A stretch of DNA of 64,000 nucleotides from a virus (taxonomy: Duplodnaviria; Caudoviricetes): the IMG/VR virus record IMGVR_UViG_3300020360_000085, positions 64,001 through 128,000 of that record. One strand, 5' to 3'. Within the stretch, counting starts at the first letter, position 1; each line of letters begins with the position of its first letter. Below the pieces are notes generated by a model. The model worked only from the letters and a program-made list of their open reading frames with translations, did no database searches and was not told the origin of the DNA. This document shows, in pieces, positions 10,615-19,346 of this stretch. A program made the position numbers and the translations under genes.

Positions 10615-10845
10615 TCAGTCTTCAAACAGTTGTTCTGGATCTGGCGAATCATACATTAATTGTATAACTGTAGGCCAATTTTTAAATCCTAATATACTGT
10701 TTTTATCTTTTAAAGCATTTTTTTGCTTAAAGAACTGAGTAATACTTATCATTCCAGTAAATTTTCCTGCTCTTTCACCTGCTTTATACATAAAATATGA
10801 GTTTGCAAGTATAAAGATTAGAAAAAATAAAAACATTGAATCCAT
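10615..10845 (-). CDS. Small membrane protein
   Basis: N-terminal hydrophobic helix, GGAGG SD. Confidence 0.7.
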   Translation of the reverse strand: MDSMFLFFLIFILANSYFMYKAGERAGKFTGMISITQFFKQKNALKDKNSILGFKNWPTVIQLMYDSPDPEQLFED

Positions 10846-10864
10846 AATAATCCTCCAAAAATAG

Positions 10865-10892
10865 AGTATAACATCTATTTTATTTTTGTCAA
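10865..10892 (-). promoter_or_regulatory. Sigma70-type early promoter
   Basis: TTGACA-N16-TATACT with TGn extension, upstream of 10845. Confidence 0.65.
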
Positions 10893-10900
10893 TAAGATTA

Positions 10901-11857
10901 TTATTTACCTTTTGAGAATCTTTTATCTATATTATGAGGTAGATCGTTTTCCAAAATATTTTTCCAGGATTGTATTGTTTTGTCTAATCCATCACTAAGT
11001 TCAACTTTTGGAAACCAACCAAGTCTGGTTGTAATTTTATGATTTGTGCTGTTAAGTAAATATATTTCACCAGGACGTTTTGGTTTTGTGTTCCAATTAA
11101 CATGACCGTCCCAGCCTATTTTATCTGCAATAAGTTTAACATAATCCTTTATTTTAATTGCATTGTCAGGACCTATACAAAATATTTCTCCTGCACATTT
11201 GTCTGGATTGCTAATTACTGTTTCCCAAGCATCTAACAAATCATCAATGTAAATAAAGTTTCTATATGGCTCGCCATATCCTAAATTTATCTCTTTTGGA
11301 TTTTTTAACATTTGTGTTATAATTTGTTCTGTTACAAAAAAGTCATTGTCCTTTCTACCATAAGCATTTGTTTGACGAATTGCTGTAAATGGTAAACCAT
11401 AACTTCTGTGGGCATACTCTAAATATTTTTCACATCCGTATTTTGCAACGGCATAGGGGGCATTAGGATTTGGAGGTGTTGCTTCATTAAATGCAATTAT
11501 TCCTTCCTCTTTTCCATCTCTTATTAAATCACTTATTGGTTGCCAACCATAAACTTCCATTGTACTTGCAAACACAAAGTTTTTTAAGTTTTTAAGTTTA
11601 GAGGCTATTTCGATTAAATTAACTGTACCTGTATAATTTATATCACTAAAAGTGATTTGCTCATAAAAACTTTGCTCTACTTCAGTTCTAGCCGCCAAGT
11701 GTACAATTATTTCAGGATCAAATGTAGAAATTTGCATAGCAACTTTGGCATGGTCTCTTAAATCTTCTGTCAAAAATCCTAGTTCATGCTTGTCCTTTAA
11801 TCTTTGTACCATATGCTGACCTATAAAACCGTCTGCTCCTGTTATAAATATTCTCAT
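10901..11857 (-). CDS. NAD-dependent NDP-sugar epimerase/4,6-dehydratase (extended SDR)
   Basis: GADGFIG, HLAA, STMEVYG, PYAVAK (YxxxK), R.FIYIDD, RPGE. Confidence 0.92.
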   Translation of the reverse strand: MRIFITGADGFIGQHMVQRLKDKHELGFLTEDLRDHAKVAMQISTFDPEIIVHLAARTEVEQSFYEQITFSDINYTGTVNLIEIASKLKNLKNFVFASTMEVYGWQPISDLIRDGKEEGIIAFNEATPPNPNAPYAVAKYGCEKYLEYAHRSYGLPFTAIRQTNAYGRKDNDFFVTEQIITQMLKNPKEINLGYGEPYRNFIYIDDLLDAWETVISNPDKCAGEIFCIGPDNAIKIKDYVKLIADKIGWDGHVNWNTKPKRPGEIYLLNSTNHKITTRLGWFPKVELSDGLDKTIQSWKNILENDLPHNIDKRFSKGK

Positions 11858-12396
11858 GTTAAATCCTCTGTTTTTGCAAATCCTGTTACTTGTAAAGTAT
11901 ATCTGTTAATATTACTAACATTACTAAGACAATGTGCCTTGTCTTTTAAAATGTATGTGTAATCACCTTTTTTATAATCTGTAAACGAATAATCTTCTAT
12001 TTCTAAAAAATGTCCCATAATTTTATCTTGTAGGAAAACGTTTACTCTTACAGGCTCTTTATTTTCTATATCCCAATTATTTTGTTTTGCTAAATCGTAT
12101 AATCTAAAAAATTTATCTGTATGTGGTCCTGTAAATCTTCCAGGCTTTATACAATTTACAGTAACCATGGAATGGTTTACAAATGGAAACATTTCTTTAA
12201 TTTTATGAGCCCATCTAGGTGCAAACTCATCATATGTTTGTAAAACTATAGGACCGTCTTGAGGATAATCAGGAACAGGCATATTATTATCTTTCCAATA
12301 TCCTCCAGACCAAATACTATTTGTTTCCTCTACGAATTTTGTTATATAAAGTTCTCTTTCATCTAACCAGGAAAGATCTATATGTCCTCTAATCAT
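11854..12396 (-). CDS. Fe(II)/2OG-type dioxygenase (cupin fold)
   Basis: KPGRFTGPHTD (HxD), distal AH...N, RYTLQVTG; paralog of the next gene. Confidence 0.7.
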   Translation of the reverse strand: MIRGHIDLSWLDERELYITKFVEETNSIWSGGYWKDNNMPVPDYPQDGPIVLQTYDEFAPRWAHKIKEMFPFVNHSMVTVNCIKPGRFTGPHTDKFFRLYDLAKQNNWDIENKEPVRVNVFLQDKIMGHFLEIEDYSFTDYKKGDYTYILKDKAHCLSNVSNINRYTLQVTGFAKTEDLT

Positions 12397-12883
12397 TTTT
12401 TAATACTGTAACCTGTGCTGAATAAAAAGGTTCATCTCCCATGTTACCTGCTAAATGCCAATCATCTATTCCAAATTTTACCCAGTCTCCTCTTTTCCAT
12501 TTTACAAAAGGCTGATCATGTACTTCGTAATAATGCCCACGTTTCCAGTCCTCTAAAAAAATTAAGTAACGATAACTTTCGCCCTCACCAAACTCCTCTC
12601 TTAATTTAAAATGTTTATCTACATGATGTGGAATTGTTTGTCCTGGACAAATATTAATTACACTTACAACATGATGATCAAAATCTTGAGGTATCTTCAT
12701 TGCTAAATCATGTACCCATTGTGGAGAATCATCAAACATTTGCCATATACTACTATTATGCTTTGTGTAGTATTGCTCTATTTTATCGTACTGTTGATAA
12801 CATTGAAAATAATCATCAAAGTTTAACAAACTCATTTGTTCATTAGTTATACCACAGTTATCAATATGCCCGTATTTAATCAC
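12389..12883 (-). CDS. Fe(II)/2OG-type dioxygenase (cupin fold)
   Basis: PGQTIPHHVD (HxD), WHLAGNMG, FYSAQVT. Confidence 0.72.
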   Translation of the reverse strand: MIKYGHIDNCGITNEQMSLLNFDDYFQCYQQYDKIEQYYTKHNSSIWQMFDDSPQWVHDLAMKIPQDFDHHVVSVINICPGQTIPHHVDKHFKLREEFGEGESYRYLIFLEDWKRGHYYEVHDQPFVKWKRGDWVKFGIDDWHLAGNMGDEPFYSAQVTVLKND

Positions 12884-13937
12884 AATAACTCTCTAAAGTG
12901 CCTTTACGTCTAAGATCCAAAGTAGCACAATGTATGCCTCCAGACAACGTCATAGAGTGCCTAAACTGAACAGGTACACTATCTATACCGTATTTGTCTA
13001 GTTCTCGCATCAGAGGCTCTTGTGCTGAGTCTAATATAACAGTATTCTCATTTACACTTAATAAATTCATACCAATGTAAGGCGAACATGGTGCAATATA
13101 TCCTTGCTCTGAAAGTTTACTACCTTGTACTACGCAATCGTCAAACCATATCTTATCCCACTTTTTAAACATTTCTGGACAATTTTCAGGTGTAACTCTG
13201 CTACTGTTCATTAAAACTAAGCCTGGTCTTAGTGGTACAATAGTACTATCAAAATGTGCAAAACTATAAAGTTCACTATAATGTAATTTATATCCCATAG
13301 GTTCAAGTAGTCTTTTTAACCATTTGTAACCTTTCATGTTACCTGAATTACTTACTTGATATAATAAATCTTTTCCAACTCTAACAATATTAGGTGCATC
13401 AAAACATATTTCATGATCTAATAAAGTTGCTACATCTAGATTTTCAAACTGATACATTTCATCATGTAACTTTGGTTTAGGTGCTTCTAGCCATAAGGCA
13501 CCATCTTCAAATGCCTCATACATTATATCTTCATATAGATGTTTTGCTTCAAAATATCTTGCTCTCACAGGAGTAGGTGTTTCTATTAGCATATCGCCTA
13601 AAGGTAATATTAAATCACGTGGGCACCAACTATACCAGCCTTTTGTGTTCCAACCTTGGCCAATATCATAATTAATATTTTCCCAATCAACAATTTTAGG
13701 ACGGTGTACTATTACACCCATGTCTGCTAAAACTTTTGCTAGTCCATCTGCATCTTCATTCGCTTCATCTATAACCCATTGAGGATAAACTCCCTCTAAT
13801 GGTAAAATTTCATCTTCTGGATATGGTGCGTAACTAAAACTTCTTGCTGAAATGTCAGTTGCTATTCTGCTATGGTGGGCATGTCCAACGATTATTTCCT
13901 CTAGTTGGTCCCAATCGTTGTGGGAATTAACTATCAT
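12876..13937 (-). CDS. Amidinotransferase (glycine/inosamine-phosphate amidinotransferase family)
   Basis: NSHNDWDQLEEIIVG, CPRD, FDAPN, HFDST (His-Asp), GGIHCATLD (catalytic Cys). Confidence 0.92.
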   Translation of the reverse strand: MIVNSHNDWDQLEEIIVGHAHHSRIATDISARSFSYAPYPEDEILPLEGVYPQWVIDEANEDADGLAKVLADMGVIVHRPKIVDWENINYDIGQGWNTKGWYSWCPRDLILPLGDMLIETPTPVRARYFEAKHLYEDIMYEAFEDGALWLEAPKPKLHDEMYQFENLDVATLLDHEICFDAPNIVRVGKDLLYQVSNSGNMKGYKWLKRLLEPMGYKLHYSELYSFAHFDSTIVPLRPGLVLMNSSRVTPENCPEMFKKWDKIWFDDCVVQGSKLSEQGYIAPCSPYIGMNLLSVNENTVILDSAQEPLMRELDKYGIDSVPVQFRHSMTLSGGIHCATLDLRRKGTLESYCD

Positions 13938-13964
13938 TATGTCTCCTGTAAAATGTGTTTCTAC

Positions 13965-13972
13965 TATTTATA
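13965..13972 (-). promoter_or_regulatory. Late promoter box TATAAATA for amidinotransferase
   Basis: Exact T4 late consensus 27 nt upstream of the ATG, followed by an AGGAG SD. Confidence 0.7.
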
Positions 13973-13991
13973 AGTATTAAAAATTTTATTG

Positions 13992-14864
13992 TTAGCAATC
14001 TGATAGCCACTCACTAACACACACTCTGTAGTTACCACTAACTCCTCTATTAAATTCGTTATGTCGTATGTCATCTCCCAAGCCAAAAATAACTGTATCA
14101 CACCAAACAAGATCATGCTCATGACATACACTTTGATAAAGTTCTGTATATTTTTCCCAATTATAATCTGGTCCAAAATTTTTCATATATTCTACACCTA
14201 ATGCCATACTATAATTGTTTGCCATATTTACTTCATTTAGCATACTAACTCCGTCATCTACATAATCTTTAGTAAAGCGGATACCTACTCTATGATTTTC
14301 TAAAGTAAAAAATGGCTTGCTCAAACTACATGTAACTTCTTTTATACATGTAAAAGAATCTAAGTTTATATGAACATGCTTTGCAATCCCCCAATATGCT
14401 AAATCCAAACACACAGGTATATTATGTGCTTCACAAATACGCATTATATGTTCAAAGTCAGGATGGATACACCCATAATCACTAAATGGTGCACTTATAA
14501 GAAATGCATGTAGATCAGGTCCATTTAATATACTTTCAAAATGATGTGGATAATCTACATAATTAAATTCAACATGTTTACCTAAACAGGCATGATATTG
14601 AAAGTCGCCTTTTAAAACATTTATTTGTCTGTCTTTACAATGTCTTAAAATAAAATTATCAAATGCTTGGCTTGTGCCTTGTGTATAATCAGCAAAAGTA
14701 AAATTATCTAAACCTGTAAGGCTTTTTGTACTACTAAAATTGATCCAATTACGCCAAACTTTTGCATATTCTTCTATAGATATTTCTTTAGGCACACCTA
14801 TACCATTATGGAAATCTAGTATTTCCTTATTTCTTATAGGTCTTGCTCCTCTAACTGCCGGCAT
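13992..14864 (-). CDS. PLP-dependent enzyme (fold type I, aminotransferase-like)
   Basis: LDLAYWG (PLP Asp), SLSKPF (Schiff-base Lys), HRVGIR. Confidence 0.7.
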   Translation of the reverse strand: MPAVRGARPIRNKEILDFHNGIGVPKEISIEEYAKVWRNWINFSSTKSLTGLDNFTFADYTQGTSQAFDNFILRHCKDRQINVLKGDFQYHACLGKHVEFNYVDYPHHFESILNGPDLHAFLISAPFSDYGCIHPDFEHIMRICEAHNIPVCLDLAYWGIAKHVHINLDSFTCIKEVTCSLSKPFFTLENHRVGIRFTKDYVDDGVSMLNEVNMANNYSMALGVEYMKNFGPDYNWEKYTELYQSVCHEHDLVWCDTVIFGLGDDIRHNEFNRGVSGNYRVCVSEWLSDC

Positions 14865-14869
14865 GTGAC

Positions 14870-14920
14870 TATTTATAGTGATATATTTTAAATGAATATA
14901 AATTTAGAAGGTGATAAATA
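14870..14920. promoter_or_regulatory. Divergent late promoters: TATAAATA (-, 14870-14877) and GATAAATA (+, 14913-14920)
   Basis: Boxes 5 and 7 nt from the ATGs at 14864 and 14928. Confidence 0.75.
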
Positions 14921-14927
14921 GTATATT

Positions 14928-15998
14928 ATGCCAAGATTAAGTTTATGGAATCCAGTTAAAGGAAATGATTACAACTTCATAGATAGAGTTGTGGGCGAAC
15001 ATATCTTTGCAGGAGGTACCGGTGTTCATGTACACAAATATTTAGGAGTACATAGTGAGGACGATGGTAAAGATCCTACAAGACCTAATCCAAATGCAGG
15101 AACAAATGATGAAGTTTTTATACAAGATCTACTATTTCTAGAAAATAGAGATAGAAAGTATGATAAAAATATTTACGAATTAAGGGGTCAATATAACTTA
15201 GGCGATAACGATGCATTTGATCTTACACAATTTGGAATGTTTTTAGCAAACGATACGTTATTTTTTAACTTTCATATAGAAAGTATGGTAGAAGGATTAG
15301 GCAGAAGACTTATGCCTGGAGACGTATTAGAGATTCCACATTTAAGAGATGATTTATTATTAGGTAGCGACGATGCTGTAAATAGATTTTTTGTTGTTAC
15401 TGATGCAAGTAGGCCTGCAGAAGGATATGATCCTAGATGGTGGCCTCACTTGTGGAGAACTAAAGTAGGTCCTATAAGTGATTCACAAGAATACAGAGAT
15501 ATACTTGGTACTGGCGAAGAAGAAACTGATTTAAGAAATTTAATTAGCACTTATGCAAATGAAATAAATATTAATGACAAAATATTGGAACAAGCAGAAA
15601 GAGATGTTCCATATGATCCTCAATACAGAGATACAACACACTTGTATTTTGATGAGGAAGTGCCTGATAAACCTACTGTTGGATTAAATTTTGGTGGGAG
15701 TGACGGCCAGCCTATTAATGGATTAAGTATTGTTGGAAGTGGAGAAACATTCCCAACTAGTGGTACGTCTGATGGTGACTTTTTCCTACGTACTGACTTT
15801 AGTCCAAATAGATTATTTAAAAAGTCAGGTTCACGTTGGCTAAATGTAGGCACAGATGAAAGAGGTACTTGGTCAGCCGCAAATAGAATATTATCAACAT
15901 TTATTAACAATGATAATACCACAACAACAAGCGATGGCGAAGCAATGGAAGAAAGAGTAAATTTAAGTAAGGTTGTAAAACCACAAACGGATAATTAA
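14928..15998 (+). CDS. gp14: Neck protein / head closure
   Basis: IQDLLFLENRDRKYD, DLTQFGMFL, GRRLMPGDVLEIPHL; precedes gp15. Confidence 0.75.
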   Translation: MPRLSLWNPVKGNDYNFIDRVVGEHIFAGGTGVHVHKYLGVHSEDDGKDPTRPNPNAGTNDEVFIQDLLFLENRDRKYDKNIYELRGQYNLGDNDAFDLTQFGMFLANDTLFFNFHIESMVEGLGRRLMPGDVLEIPHLRDDLLLGSDDAVNRFFVVTDASRPAEGYDPRWWPHLWRTKVGPISDSQEYRDILGTGEEETDLRNLISTYANEININDKILEQAERDVPYDPQYRDTTHLYFDEEVPDKPTVGLNFGGSDGQPINGLSIVGSGETFPTSGTSDGDFFLRTDFSPNRLFKKSGSRWLNVGTDERGTWSAANRILSTFINNDNTTTTSDGEAMEERVNLSKVVKPQTDN

Positions 15999-15999
15999 A

Positions 16000-16338
16000 A
16001 TGAGATTGAAAGATATAACTCCAAAACGTATTATAAAAGAAAACGAAGAACTTATTTCTAAGTTAGAAGATAAAAAGTTTGATTTAGAAATGGCTTTAAG
16101 TCGTGCTAGAGAGGAAACCAAAAATATTAAGTATGCAGATATGCATATGGAAATAGTAAATGCAGTTTCTAATATTGCAGAAGATAATGGTATTGAAATG
16201 GACGAATACAACATTAACCAAGTTTACCAGGCAAAAAATAAATTGGAAAGTGCAATATATCAACTAGAGGAAGACTTTGAAGAAGCAATTAGAGATATCT
16301 CGAATAAAATAGACGAATTAGAATACGGCGAAGATTAA
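16000..16338 (+). CDS. Hypothetical acidic coiled-coil protein
   Basis: 112-aa ORF between gp14 and gp15. Confidence 0.7.
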   Translation: MRLKDITPKRIIKENEELISKLEDKKFDLEMALSRAREETKNIKYADMHMEIVNAVSNIAEDNGIEMDEYNINQVYQAKNKLESAIYQLEEDFEEAIRDISNKIDELEYGED

Positions 16339-16339
16339 A

Positions 16340-17692
16340 ATGGCAGGAAAAAATTTAGATTACTGGTATGATGAACAGATAAAAAGATATCTTATACAGA
16401 TAATCAGAATCTTTTCAAATTTTAAAGTAAGAGAATATACAGATAAAGGTGTAAACTATAATAGAGTACCCGCAAGATATGGAGATAGTAGTAGAATGGT
16501 TGCTAGTATTTTGCGTAATAATTCAGAAAATATAATTAATAGTTCGCCTTTTATTGCAGTAACTATACAAAGTATCCAACCAGCAAGAGATAGAACACAT
16601 GAACCATTCCTTGTTGATACTCAACAAGTAGCAGAAAGAGAATTTAATAAAGAAACAGGTGCTTATTCTACAGAGCAAGGTAATCTATACACCACTCAAA
16701 GATATATGCCAGTGCCATATAATATGACAATAAATGTAGATATATGGACTACAAATACAGATACAAAATTACAAATTTTAGAACAGATATTTGTTTTATT
16801 TAATCCTAGTATTCAATTACAATCTAATAGTAATCCGTTAGACTGGACTAGTGTTTTTGAGGTAGAGTTAGCAGATATTAATTGGAGTAGTAGAGCCGTA
16901 CCTGCAGGAGTAGATGAAACTTTAGACATATCTACTATGTCATTTACAAGTCCAATATGGATTAGTCCTCCTGCTAAAGTAAAAAGACAAGCAATTATAC
17001 AACGAATTATAAATGATATACATTCTACTCCTGATATAGGAGAATTAGGATATAGTGAAGACTATGCAGACTTTTTTGGTCCTACAGCAGAATTGGCAGA
17101 AGTTGTTGTTACACCTAACGATTTATATTTACAAATTACAGGCAGTACTGCAAAATTAGTTAATGCTAGTAATGTAGGCCAAAAATGGTCAGATATAATA
17201 GAAATGATGGGAGAATTAAGAACAACCAGTAAGTTAAAATTAAATATATCTGCTGATACAGATAATGAACTTAATATGCTTGTAGGAAGTGTTACTAAAA
17301 ATCCTGTAGATGATACTGCATTAATTTTTAATTTAGATACAGATACATTACCTGTTGATACATTATCAGATGTAGACAAGATTATTGACCCTACATCAAA
17401 TTATCCTGGAGACGGAACATTAGCGGCCGCAAGTACAGGACAACGATATTTAATAACAGAAGACATAGATGATTTAGGATTTCCTAATTGGGGGATAGAC
17501 GCACAGGAAAATGATATTATTTCATACGATGGTTCCAAATGGTCTGTAGTATTTGATGCAAGTGCAAATTCTGACTCAACACATTTTTTACACAATACTT
17601 TTACCTCCAAACAGTTCAAGTGGACAGGTGTAGGCTGGATAAGTAGTTATGAAGGCGAATATAGACCTGGCTACTGGAGATTAGTACTGTAA
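16340..17692 (+). CDS. gp15: Tail terminator / sheath stabiliser
   Basis: YWYDEQIKRY...IFSNF, RVPARYG, MPVPYNM, QILEQIFVLFNPS. Confidence 0.88.
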   Translation: MAGKNLDYWYDEQIKRYLIQIIRIFSNFKVREYTDKGVNYNRVPARYGDSSRMVASILRNNSENIINSSPFIAVTIQSIQPARDRTHEPFLVDTQQVAEREFNKETGAYSTEQGNLYTTQRYMPVPYNMTINVDIWTTNTDTKLQILEQIFVLFNPSIQLQSNSNPLDWTSVFEVELADINWSSRAVPAGVDETLDISTMSFTSPIWISPPAKVKRQAIIQRIINDIHSTPDIGELGYSEDYADFFGPTAELAEVVVTPNDLYLQITGSTAKLVNASNVGQKWSDIIEMMGELRTTSKLKLNISADTDNELNMLVGSVTKNPVDDTALIFNLDTDTLPVDTLSDVDKIIDPTSNYPGDGTLAAASTGQRYLITEDIDDLGFPNWGIDAQENDIISYDGSKWSVVFDASANSDSTHFLHNTFTSKQFKWTGVGWISSYEGEYRPGYWRLVL

Positions 17693-18123
17693 TGAAAACA
17701 ACGGCGGCAGGAGTTGTATTTCTTGCCAAAGATACTGGCAGATGCTTATTACAACTCAGAGAAGGAACAAAACGATTTAATCATACCTGGGGATTCTGGG
17801 GAGGTATAATTGAAAAAGGAGAAACTCCTTTTGAATGCATACAAAGAGAACTAGATGAAGAAATTGGATTTATTCCAGAACTTCAAAAACTTAATCCAAT
17901 AGACGTTTACCAAAGCAAAGATAAAAATTTTTATTACTACAGTTTTGTATATGTTGTAGATAATGAATTTATGCCCCCAAAACTAAATGGCGAAAGTGCC
18001 GGTTATGCCTGGGTAAACATAGGACAATGGCCTAAACCTCTTCATAATGGTTCTAAAATCACTCTTTTTAAAAATGGTGGAACAGAAAAACTGCACACTA
18101 TATTAGAAATCAATAAAGAATAA
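17692..18123 (+). CDS. Nudix hydrolase
   Basis: Nudix box GGIIEKGETPFECIQRELDEEIG. Confidence 0.93.
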   Translation: MKTTAAGVVFLAKDTGRCLLQLREGTKRFNHTWGFWGGIIEKGETPFECIQRELDEEIGFIPELQKLNPIDVYQSKDKNFYYYSFVYVVDNEFMPPKLNGESAGYAWVNIGQWPKPLHNGSKITLFKNGGTEKLHTILEINKE

Positions 18124-18131
18124 ATAATAGT

Positions 18132-18764
18132 ATGACCAAAGGCGAAATCATAGATTTTGAGGTCTTGCGAATACAAAATGATTTGGATAATTTTCAGCGA
18201 ACTAACACGATACCACATACTATATTAGAAGGCACATTTGATATAGAAGAAATAAAGGATGTTTTTTTAAATAAACTTCCTCCTAAGTATAAAAAAATAG
18301 GTAAAAGACTTGTAGATGAATACTACGAAAAAATAAATGAAAATTTAGAGTCTTTAAAAACTGCCATGAAAAGGGACTACGACAGAGTCTTTAAAAATAT
18401 GGCATCTGCTCATGAAAGTTTTAGATATAAGCAGACAATGAACCTATATAGACCTGGAATTAATCCAATTAGAGCATTGTATTATCAGACCCGTGACGTG
18501 AGCAGGAGATATAATCCTGAGCACCCTTACCACTACTGGTTAATAGACCTTGTTACAGATTTAGAATATAACAATATTATATTAGATGCTTTAAAAAAGG
18601 ACATAAGCAAACTTGAACGTATAATAAAAAGATATTATTACCCTATAACTAAAATTGATGATAATATTCCTTTAGAATTATTTCATGCTAAACAGCAACT
18701 AAAGGACTTTAAACATTATTACAAATATTTCAGAGATATAAAACATTGGAGACCAGACGAGTAA
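18132..18764 (+). CDS. Hypothetical protein
   Basis: 210-aa ORF; AATAAATA box 5 nt upstream. Confidence 0.7.
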   Translation: MTKGEIIDFEVLRIQNDLDNFQRTNTIPHTILEGTFDIEEIKDVFLNKLPPKYKKIGKRLVDEYYEKINENLESLKTAMKRDYDRVFKNMASAHESFRYKQTMNLYRPGINPIRALYYQTRDVSRRYNPEHPYHYWLIDLVTDLEYNNIILDALKKDISKLERIIKRYYYPITKIDDNIPLELFHAKQQLKDFKHYYKYFRDIKHWRPDE

Positions 18765-19346
18765 TTATTTAAATGTGGTTGCTTTCATGCTACAAACAAT
18801 TCTATTTTGCTTATTGTCAGAATTTACAGCACTATGCCAACTAGTTGGGCCTGTTCTAAATAAAAATAAACTTCCAGGATTTCCTCCAACAATTTTATAA
18901 GGTTTATCTGCATCTGGATTATCATATATTTCTGTGCCAAAAACATATTCAGGATTACAATAAATTACACCTCTTACAAAAGGATTATTTGGAGTTTCTT
19001 CGTCTCCATAATAGTCATTATGCATTTGTAATTTTTGATTTTTACTTATCATATTTTCTACACCATAAAAATATTTACAATTGATGTCCCAAACATTATT
19101 AATTGCTTCAACAATATCTTTATTTTTTTGTCTAATTTTTTCTATAATATCCAGATAAGCAGATACATGTTGGGGACCATCATTATTAAATTCTTTTTGA
19201 GATAAATTTTCCTGTAACTTAATATAATTATCAAATATATTTTTATTATCTAAACCTGTAATAAAATTTTCTATTACAATATATTCAAAAGGATATGTGT
19301 TTAAATTTTCCCTACAAATTTTATCAATATTTTGTACTTGAACCAT
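18765..19346 (-). CDS. Fe(II)/2OG oxygenase
   Basis: YPFEYIVIENF, MHND (HxD), SWHSAV, RIV; TAATG overlap with the cyclase gene. Confidence 0.8.
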   Translation of the reverse strand: MVQVQNIDKICRENLNTYPFEYIVIENFITGLDNKNIFDNYIKLQENLSQKEFNNDGPQHVSAYLDIIEKIRQKNKDIVEAINNVWDINCKYFYGVENMISKNQKLQMHNDYYGDEETPNNPFVRGVIYCNPEYVFGTEIYDNPDADKPYKIVGGNPGSLFLFRTGPTSWHSAVNSDNKQNRIVCSMKATTFK

